Below the pieces are notes generated by a model. The model did not search any database and was not told where the DNA came from. It saw only the letters and a program-made list of their open reading frames with translations. Of a stretch of 64,000 nucleotides of DNA, positions 39,821-49,662 are shown piece after piece. The stretch lies in contig CM060731.1 in the NCBI GenBank assembly GCA_030704615.1, positions 19,468,001 through 19,532,000 of the forward strand. Reading direction: 5' to 3'. Positions within the stretch are counted from its first letter, which is position 1. Each line of letters starts with the position of its first letter. The translations under genes and the position numbers were made by a program. This DNA is from Takakia lepidozioides (Eukaryota > Plantae > Bryophyta).

Positions 39821-41960
39821 GTGCCGAAAAAACATTTGGCATGAATCCACTTTGGATAATGTGAGTGTGCACCTGATTCCAGCTTCCGGACCTTTCATCT
39901 TGATGCACTTAAGCAAAAGACAGACATACGTATCTGAATCTGCTGAAATGCCTCCTTGGGTTAAAGTCTGTAGAGCCTTTGTCAGTCTGCCTGCCTCACA
40001 AAACATCTTCACATGCCTATAAGTGCCAGAAAAGACATTGTGGACTCCCTCTCTTGATCCTCTTCCAGAAGCTGTGGTCATGGTTGAGGTGCCTGATTTT
40101 ATCAACTGTGCCGTTGCAGCTGCTGCCTTTGGCGATGCAACCATGCACCTCTTTGCATCTGGTAATCTGACAGACATCACCTTTTTGCCTCGGTTATCCC
40201 ACCATTGACTGGGGTCAGGAAAGTATTCAGCTAACTATCCAGCTAACTTGCAGAATTCAACTTGGAAATTTAGGGCCAATTCTGATAAGAGGGCAAAACA
40301 GGGTGAAATGTGTTGAAGAAGGTGCTTTCATTAGCAGCGCCTGTCCATTGTGCCGCTGCTGCTGCGGGGCCCCAGTACATTTGGTACAATTCCAGCTCTG
40401 AAGATGTCGCCATGGACCTCTTTCCCCTTTTCCAAAGCTGCCAGGGCAGTGTTCGGATTGACATTTGGTACAATTCCAGCTTTGATGATATCCCCATGCA
40501 CCTCTTTGCCCTTCTCCAGGGCTGCCAGGTTTGCACAAGCATTGCAAATGCACACAAACATGATGTGCTTCCCTCATCATTTGCTCAGAGGTCTCCAAAG
40601 CCTCCATCCCACATCCCTGATGTGCATACCCTGCAAGCATCACACTCCACGACACCACATCTCGTTCAGCTGTAGTGTCGAACACTCCCTTCACATCCTA
40701 GATGCACCCACATTTTGCAAACATGTCCACCAGGGTATTGTTCAGAATGAAATCTGGTACAATTCCAGCTCTAAAGATGTCGCCATGGACCTCTTTCCCC
40801 TTTTCCAGAGCTGCCAGGGCAGTGTTTAGAATGACATTTGTTAAAATTCCAGCTTTGACAATATCCCCATGCACCTGTTTGCCCTTCTCTAGGGCTGTCA
40901 GGCTTGCACGACGCCACATCTTGTTCAGCCATAGTATAGAACACTCCCTTTGCATCCTAGATGCACCCACATTTTGCAAACATGTCCACCAGGGTATTGT
41001 TTCTGGTCCGCCATAGTGGCTCAAATGGGGACGAGAGATTACCGGTATGATATACAGAGACTTTAGTCTATGAGTTTGCGTGTTTTATACTGCTTTTGTG
41101 CAATGCTCGACCTTGTGTATTGTTAGTTAATGCTTGACAGTTCATATGTATAGTCTCAATCCCTGCTCCTTCATGGATGTTTTGCTGCATTCTTGTGATT
41201 CACTTACAAAGCAGCCAAAATGATCAATGCCCACTCAGTGATGGCTCCTTCAAGGATGTTTGGCTGCATTCTTCACAAGGACACGAACTTACAATGGTCA
41301 AAGAGGTAGAAGTCTGCCGAGAGATCCAGCGCCCAACAACTTCCTTACTGTAATGCAGACGCAACTGATCTTGAGTCCTTATAAGCGACTGGGACTTGCA
41401 ACAAACGCCCTCAACGCATTAGAGCTCGAGGCAACACATGTGAAAGCCCACATTTGCGGGATGGACAAACTTCTTCACCATGTACATTACGAAAACGCCA
41501 CACCTTTGCGATTGCGGTTGTCCCACCATCGTGAAGGATCTGTAAAAAACTCATACCAGAGCTCCGTGCTGCAAATTCAGGGCCGAGGATGAACCCTAAA
41601 GCAAAACAGGCTGAAATAGGTCGAAGAAGAAGGTGCCCTCACCACATTGTCCATGGAGGATTAGACTGACCATGAACCCAAGAAGACCTCTTGTGTGTGC
41701 TGCTTGTGTATGTAGTCAGGTAATCTCGGATTGGTCTGTGAGAATGACCACGGTGCAGCTAAGCGAGCAGAGATTGAAACACGGCCCGTAAGACCAAGCC
41801 GACTCTCCCAAGAACCTTGTAATCATCACGAAGAATACCAAATCATGGTACTAAGCGGAGCCAAGAGCCCACATTTGCACATAATGCGCCCCTGACGCCA
41901 TAAATGCTTGCAGCAATAGGACATGGGCCTCAATTTGGTCTTCGTCCTTCCCACATCACT
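39820..41960 (-). pseudogene. Scrambled PPR paralog fragments, including a PDF half-exon at ~41505-41570
   Basis: HVKMFCEAGRLTKAL, LEKGKEVHGDI and VDMFAKCGCI repeats with stops; ELWYEFFTDPSRWWDNRNRK near 41505-41570. Confidence 0.85.
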
Positions 41961-42502
41961 TGCTCATTGGTGGTAGATATTGTAAAGTATGTGGTAGGGT
42001 AACTTGAAATGAGCCACAGTGGGTAATCTGTAATGGATTAGAGTAGAGTTCGAATTAGAATCAGGATGCAGAGAAAGGATGAGAGGGTGAGGGCAAGTCA
42101 GTGGAGTGTTGCATCGGACGGGGTGAGAATCGAAAAGTCCAGAGTAGTGTGTTCTCGTACCTTTAAAGTTCATACAGTGGTAGGGAGAGAGAATGGAGAG
42201 AAAACACCTAGGGTCGCAACATGAAGTCCAAAGCTGCAGATTGGGAATGCCGAGCGGGGCCGTGTGCCGGGTATTGCAGTGTGCAGGTCTTGCCATGTCT
42301 GCGAATGTGGGAGAATTGCAGTAGGCCATCTCCATCTTCTGTCACTTGGGGTGGCCGCATTCGTGTGTGTGATGAGATCACAGTATAATTGCCTGTAGAA
42401 GGGGTGGAGCCCATTGGGTTGCTCAGGGTGGCGGGAGGCCAGGAACCGAGTGGCAGTCGTTTCCAAGTTCGCTGCCTGTCCATCCTTTGTAGTTCATAGC
42501 AC

Positions 42503-43504
42503 TTAGATTTTGACCAGGTAGTGCTTGGCATATCCGACCAGAGACTCGCAGTGTGTTGGATGTGTCTTAGGGCCAGTACGCTGGGAAGTAGTTGTGGTGC
42601 TGGTGTTGACTCTCGTCTGATAGTGCTTCTTGATGAACCCCCACCTGTGACTCTCACTATACAAGAGCGCTGGATCGGATGTGTAAACATTCCGCTTCAA
42701 ATTTTGGAGGTCGAAACTGCAGGGCGTATATGAAGTGATGTCGTGTATGTTGGGGAGAGAGCAGCTGATAGTAGTTTCCCCGAAGCTAGGACTGGCCCGG
42801 GCATCCCGCGAGAGCAACAAAACACATAGGATTCGGCAAATGCAAAAGAGATGGGAGTAAACCTGTTTTCCTTGATGAGTGAGCCTGTGAGAGAGAGCCC
42901 CACGGGCCCTGCTGTTGAGAACCCTTATGAAGCCTGCAGTTTTGTAAACAGCCAAAGTTGCGGTGAGCATGAATAAGTTCGTAGCATACGAAAAACCCCA
43001 CAGATGGATCATAAGAAGCGCCGTGTCTCCGTGAGTCTGAACGGGAGGACGTGACGAGGGCTGAGTTGACCACTTGAGCTTGGAGAGAGTGTCGAGGCTG
43101 TATGGCCAATGCGTTTTTGGGTCTTGGTGCGGGAGCTCTTGAGTACTCCGGTATGAAGCAACTGGTGGGACGGGAGGCAGGCTCGTCTGCTCTCGAGCTT
43201 GACTGGGGTTGGAAGAGATGGTGGCTTCACGACCTTTGTGGTGGTTGTTTGTTGGTGGAGCCCGCTCCAAAACCATCAAGAGGAAGCTCAGAAGAAGCGA
43301 AATGAGACAGCCATATAATGTATTGTCAGTGCAGGGAAAAGGGCAGTGAAACCACCCTGTGAAAGCCTTCTGAGCAGCAGCGGAGACCATGGCTGCGGCC
43401 ATGGCTGAATGTAGAGATTCGGACAAGTAGGCGGAAACCATAGTTAAGAGAGCTAAGAAGACGAGAGATCTAGAGATTTGGCGGAACCCTATAATAATAG
43501 TCAT
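42503..43504 (-). CDS. Unassigned 333-aa ORF with several hydrophobic segments, possibly element-derived
   Basis: ATG-initiated 1-kb open frame with no recognisable motif. Confidence 0.25.
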   Translation of the reverse strand: MTIIIGFRQISRSLVFLALLTMVSAYLSESLHSAMAAAMVSAAAQKAFTGWFHCPFPCTDNTLYGCLISLLLSFLLMVLERAPPTNNHHKGREATISSNPSQAREQTSLPPVPPVASYRSTQELPHQDPKTHWPYSLDTLSKLKWSTQPSSRPPVQTHGDTALLMIHLWGFSYATNLFMLTATLAVYKTAGFIRVLNSRARGALSHRLTHQGKQVYSHLFCICRILCVLLLSRDARASPSFGETTISCSLPNIHDITSYTPCSFDLQNLKRNVYTSDPALLYSESHRWGFIKKHYQTRVNTSTTTTSQRTGPKTHPTHCESLVGYAKHYLVKI

Positions 43505-43569
43505 AACTAAAGTTCTGCTAAGACATAGACAAGATCACGGCGGGAGGGCGGAGCGCCGCTCCCCCCCTC

Positions 43570-46195
43570 AAGGTGTCGTTTTTGAGGATGACTGGGAGGA
43601 AGCAATCAACTCAGAATTGAATTCGTTGATGCAAAATAAGACATGGACATTGACTAAGTTGCCAGCTGCAGGGTGTCGAGCCATTGGTTGCAAATGGATA
43701 TTCAAATTGAACTGCAAAGCTGATGGTTCCATTGACAGGTAGAAAACTCGTCTTGTAGCTAGAGGCTATTCACAAGTTCATGGAGTGGACTATAGTGAAA
43801 CATTCTCACCTGTCGTGAAGATTTCGTCTATCAGAGTGTTATTGGTTCTTTCAGCTCAATATAATTATGAAGTTCATCAAATGGATGTGAAGACAATATT
43901 TTTGAATGGTGAGCTCAAAGAAGAGATTTAAATGAGATACCCTAAAGGATATACTCAAAGAAGAAATCTCGTGTGCAAACTGCACAAGAGCTATATGGGC
44001 TCAAACAAAGTTCACGAGCTTGGTATGCCAAGATCGATGCTTATCTTGAAAGTAAAGTTCAAAAGGAGTGTGCATGCAGACTCAAATGTTTATGTGATGA
44101 GGACGAGAGATTCATTTGTGGTCATAGCAATATACGTGGATGACACCATTATTGTTACCAATGATAGTCAAGGCTTACTACCACAAGCCAAAGTTCTACT
44201 AAGTTCAAAGTTTATTATGACTTATATGGGTGAGATTCAGTTCTGCCTTGGTATACAAATTCACAGAGATCGGGTAAATCATACAATTTATATCCATCAG
44301 CACTAGTACATTCAGACCATACTACAGAGATTTAAGTTGGAGTTGCGTAATGCGGTAGCTACTCCTCTTGATGTTGGTTTAAAACTCTCAAAGGACATGA
44401 CACCTATGATTAGGGAAGAAGATGAGGATATGAAGGTTATTTCCTATCAAAGTGCATTTGGGAGTTTAATGTACTGCATGATTTGTACTAGGCCAGACAC
44501 TGAATTTGCCTACTCAGTGGGAGTGATGTCACAATTTCTTTCAAACCCCGGACATACCCATTGGCTAGCGGTAAAATTTTTCGATATATCAGAGGAACGG
44601 ATATCGACATAGTTTATGGCCGAAAAGAGAATCCAAAGTTGGTTGGGTTTACAGATGCAGTTTGGGCAAGAGATATTGATAGTAGAAGATCTACTTCAGG
44701 CATTGCATCTAGCAGGTGGCGTGGTATCTTGGTCTAGCAAACGACAAAATTCAACAGCTCTTTCGTCAAGAGAAGCTAAGTACATGTTAGCTACACAAAC
44801 AAAAAAGGAAGCTGTTTGGTTACGGAAGCTGGAGATTTGGGGCATCTACAGCCACACCCAACAACTCTATATTGTAACCATCAAAGTGCGACTGCATTAA
44901 GTCAAAACCCAAAATAACATTCAAGGACTAAGCACATTGAGGTTCAACATCACTGTTCGGGAGGTTGTAGGCAAAGGAGAAATCAAAGTGATATATTGTT
45001 CTACAGAAGACATGGTTACAGATGTTTTGACAAAAAACCTACCAAAGCCAAAACACATCAAGTGTTCACTTGAACTTGGTGTAATGTCTCCAAAGACATT
45101 GGAAGGTGGGTGAAAGCAGGCTACGGTGGCTCAATTTTTGTGTCACAGCACGTGTTTTACAAGACATACTTTGATTCAATTGTACCTTAAAAACAAATTC
45201 TTATTACAATGATAAAATGATACTCACTCTTATGTTTCTAAGCTCTAATCTTTAAATTTTCACCAAGAAATGAAGTTGATTTGTCGAAGTAATGGACTTT
45301 AGAAAATTGCATACGACAGTGTCACAGTCCATAAAAAAATGTGTTGCACTATAAAAAACAAATATGATAAAAGGACTCATATTAGTATTGCTTTCCTCTT
45401 AAAGATACTAAAGTCATATTAGAAAACATCAAAAAAGTGAAATTTATTACTTCTATATATTATTGTGAGCCTCAAAAAACTAATTTTTGGCAAAGTACAT
45501 GAATCCATGGAAACAAAGTTAAAAAATGGACTTGCTTCACTAAAATGTACATTTAATGTAGATGAAGAGTAGCCTGAGTCCCACTATGCGATATAGTCAA
45601 AATATAAAAAATGTGAAATAAAATAAAATAATTAAAATAATGTCTGTTACTAGGAAAAATAATAATAATGCCATGGTGTCTGTTATTGTCAACTTTAGTC
45701 GGTTCATATCTTTCAACATTGATGAATCTATCGACTATAATTTTTCCATAATCATCAAATCAAAATTGTAAAAAAAACCTTGGGACTTCTTGTATAGGCC
45801 AACCGGTGGACTTTTCAGAGCCACCGTAGCTTGCTTTCCCCCAGGTTGAGATTACGTGATTATCTTTCTAAGAGGGGGTGTCGGAAAACAGCTCCATATT
45901 CAACGAATCTACAACTTGACTTGTAGATAAAATTAGGGACATTAAAAGTAATTCTTTATTGACATAGGCTTTTGTCTTAAAGTTAAAAGCTAGTCCATTA
46001 TGGAACTACTTAATATATATAGTAAAAGTATGTCTAAAAGGCAAGTCTTTAGTTATTGCTTTTAGCCTAGCTAAAACTATATAAGAAGCTCAGGGTGAAG
46101 CCACAAATGTATGGTTGTTCTTGTGGTGTGCTTCTAGGGTTGGGTGGAGAGCTTCTATACAATCCTCAATTATTGTTCTATCTACGTTTTCAACA
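43570..46195 (+). mobile_element. Ty1/Copia remnant: RT-RNase H, PPT and 3' LTR (45879-46195)
   Basis: AIGCKWIF, LVARGYSQ, HQMDVK, IYVDD, CTRPD, SWSSKRQ and RTKHIEV motifs; PPT AGAGGGGG 45871-45878; LTR TGTCGGAAAA...TTTTCAACA with TATATAA near 46078; a partial second LTR start at ~46301. Confidence 0.9.
45108..45842. mobile_element. AT-rich MITE, 735 bp, 25-bp TIR, 4-bp TSD AGGT
   Basis: GGGTGAAAGCAGGCTACGGTGGCTC ... GAGCCACCGTAGCTTGCTTTCCCCC (23/25 match); AGGT at 45104-45107 and 45843-45846. Confidence 0.88.
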
Positions 46196-46459
46196 AAGAC
46201 ATACCCAAGAAAGAAAGAGAGGGAAATCCCATTGGATTCGATCCTATACGTAACGTCAACTACCTTGAACTGTAAAATAGTTTTATGATATTTTTATGGT
46301 ATGTTGGAAATGATAGCTCTACATTCAACGAGTCTTCAACTTAAACTATGGTTGGACCGTGGAGACTCTCTATACTAAGTTTTATCACATGTCCTTCCTA
46401 CATTGACAGCTTCAAAAGTTCTGTGTCAATTCAATGGAATGCCAGAGCTCCAGTCGTTA

Positions 46460-46800
46460 AAAGCAGGTGTGGCGGATTCTGCCACTTTTTCGGCCTAATT
46501 GGCCACCCAGGGCAGAATCGGCAGGGATGGCCGATTGCGCACAGAGGTCGGCAGACCTACCACCGAGGCCCATGTCATTGGCCATCAACCCACCTGCCTT
46601 CCCCTGAGGCTCGCCCCATTTATATCCTCTGGGGGGCTCTGAATCTGGGCAATCGATATGGGATAATCGAACCTCAATCATATTGCGCCACGTAGTGGCA
46701 AGAATCCGCCACACCTGCTCAGTGAACGGGCCGCGTTCGGCGCGGCCATAGGGCTCGCCCAAAGGCCATTTACAGGGCAGAATCGGCCAAACACGGCCTG
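46460..46800. repeat. Foldback/MITE-like repeat; diverged inverted copy at ~55020-55235
   Basis: GCAGGTGTGGCGGATTCTGCCACT (~46463) pairs with AGTGGCAAGAATCCGCCACACCTGC (~46694-46718); the core ATCGATATGGGATAAT occurs reversed near 55135. Confidence 0.7.
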
Positions 46801-46980
46801 TTCTCTAGTACGAACTATTAGATCTGATTTCAGTGTACCTATAGAAAATTGACTTCTTACACGTGTTATGTGTGTTACGGGTAATTACACTCGATATTCT
46901 GAAAGCTCCGACTTTCCACGCTTGAGATGGGGTGGTATCGTGTTGCGAACCCGTCAAAATATCTTGAGATGGGGTGGTAT

Positions 46981-49294
46981 CGTGCTCGCGGCTGGCATGA
47001 CCATGGAGCAAATTTTCAGGGGTACAAAAGAATTCAAGCAGGAGGTTTTTGATAAGGTACAAGTGAAGAGATGGATCTTCCATGTAAACTTGTGAGTCAA
47101 ATGTTATTATGCGATATCCAGACGCCCATGATTGTCTCCAAGTTTGTCTTCATCATCTTTCTTTATAGTCAGAACATATAACTTGCATCGAGCTTGATCC
47201 AGTCCAACTACGAGAGATTCTCATTCCTTTCCCCTCAATTAAAATAGCTGCTAGAAACTGACCATGATGCATCGTCATTTCAGGTTCAACTGGAGCTGAA
47301 TCAATTTGGTCTCTGAATATTTACAATGCCAATGTTAAGCAGCTCGTCGATGTCGCGGGGCATGAGTACTTCTCTTTCTTGGGACAAAAGATTCAACAAG
47401 GGGCCACAAACCAAGCTAAGGTTGATGTGGCTGTAGCCAAATTTAGAGGGAATACAGGAGAAAAGGAGAAACTGGGTCAGACACTGATGAGTGCTGCTAA
47501 AGTAGATGCTGACACCGCCATGTACACCAAGCAACAGGTACTGATGCCATGCAACAACGCTCTAATGATATAGCTCGCTTTCTAGATGCTGAATTCACTC
47601 ACTGTACACCAACTGTGATCTGGAGCCCGGCTAACGGCTGTAGCCTCCCTACCTACAAGGCTACCTGCAATGGCAGGTTGTGGACCCCTGTTGCATGTCG
47701 GTTGCTGGCACACATCAAGAGGGTGGATATCACCCTTTGATCAAGAAGAGGGTAGCCACCAGATGGAGGTAAAAAGATTAGCAAAAAGCCAATCTGAAAC
47801 CCCATGATGGGCTTAAATGAAAATGTTTCCCAATGTAATTCAACAAACCTCCCGGCTGGAGGCCGGAAGATTCCCCTGTGGGAAGTACCTCCCACATTTG
47901 GAAGGCACCACCTACAAGGAAAATGCCTCCGCCTCAAAATTTCCCAGATTTTTCAATTTTTGAGCACAGGGAACACTCTTGAATTTTGGTAGTCCAAAGT
48001 GCAATGTTGTAACAGTTGGTCACAACCAACATTTGGCCCAGTGGTAGTGATAAGGGCATAAGCCGCCTCAGTGTTTGTGGCTTCAAACCACATGTTGGAT
48101 CACAATTACGATGGCCCCCCGTGAGTGAGAGCACTGTCTGAAGTTTTGAGCATAAGAATTTGCTCAATGCAGATCGATGCAGAGACAAAGATATATTCCA
48201 ACCAGCGAGAGGCCGAGGTAGCAGAAGCCAACGCTGAGCTGGCAACCCGAAAGTCTCAATGGGGACAACAGTCCAAAATAGCTGAAATTGAAGCTGCAAA
48301 ACGCTGCTATTCGGGAGGCAGAGTTAGAGAAGGCTCTGGAAATGAAGAAGGAGCTCGCTGAGACGGAGCGGCATTTTGTACTCAAGCCAGATAGAAGCCC
48401 AGGCCCAGCAGAAGGCTGCAGAGGCCTCCCTCTATCTCCAGCAAAAGAACAGTGATGCCCTTCTCTATGCAAAACATAAAGAGGCTGAAGGTCAGCTCTC
48501 TCTATCTCTCTGGCTATCAAGCAGATCATCGCGGAAGGTTCAACAGAGCTTGTTACCTGCAAGAGGAATTAAACATTCAGATTTGATACATCTTACAATT
48601 GCATAATAATGATGGCCATCTACATGGGAAATTAAGATATGAGGATAATCCCACTAATGGTACTGCAGTACTTGCTTAGGGAGGTGATTGCTGTACTTAC
48701 GATAAATATGTGACACGACGAAAAATCTCTTGGACAACACAAGGCTCCTTCACGAATGTACTGATCTGCATTGAGGTGTGAAGCTAGCTAAAGAAAATAG
48801 TTGAGCTCAAGTATAAGATATGAGCCGCTTCCACTCATCAACCATGAACCTGAATTCATGTGTAGATCAGAGGTCGTCAAAGAAAACATTTACCTTGATG
48901 TCTGATTATTCGTGTTCTTCCAGGTATTTTCGCGGTTGCTGAAGCAAAAGCTGGATGCGTGAAGCACATGCTCAAGGCCTTTGGAGGCAATTTTGCGGCA
49001 TTCTATGATTATCTGATGATTGATCAGAAAGTGTATCAGCCAATGGGTGAGATCAACGCAAGTGCTGTAAAAGGCCTACAACCGAAGATTTCTGTCTGGA
49101 CCACTGGAGCAGCTGGTGAAATTGGGCATGCACAACCTGTGGCCGATCTGTTTAAAATGATACCACCTCTGCTTAGCACCATCAAAGACCAAACCGGGAT
49201 TTCTCCTTTCCCAATGCTTGCTTCAATGCCTACTGAGTCTTTGAACGTGGCTGCTGCACCTGAAGAGAGAGAGATGATACCCAGCTCAAAATAA
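46981..49294 (+). pseudogene. 5'-truncated flotillin-like gene
   Basis: Exons ~46981-47056 (VLAAGMTMEQIFRGTKEFKQEVFDK), 47284-47537 ([22 protein letters not shown], in-frame TGA), ~48173-48490 (frameshifts) and 48924-49294 (KGLQPKISVWTTG..LFKMIPPLL). The N-terminal SPFH part is absent. Confidence 0.85.
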
Positions 49295-49662
49295 GAGCCT
49301 AGGCCTGACCTCAATGTGTAGTATTAATATCCGTGTAAACATTCATTTCACATACTTGACAGCAAGCATGAGAGAGAGCATCACAGCAACAATTGTATGC
49401 TCTTTTGTACATTGAGAGTGTTTCTTTACATATCTATATCAGTGTCAGTGACCCTTGAGGAGACATGAAGAGTTGCAACTTCCATGACTTCCCCCACCTA
49501 TGCTGGGTAGACCCCACTATCATCTCCCGTGGATATGCCACAGGACATGCCCTCAACAGTATATCATTGTCAATATTCTCAGGAAATGGTGGATGTACTG
49601 AGTAGCTACACAGATCAGTGAGTAAAGCAAGACACTCACCTCTTTCCAGAAAAAATGTTGTT

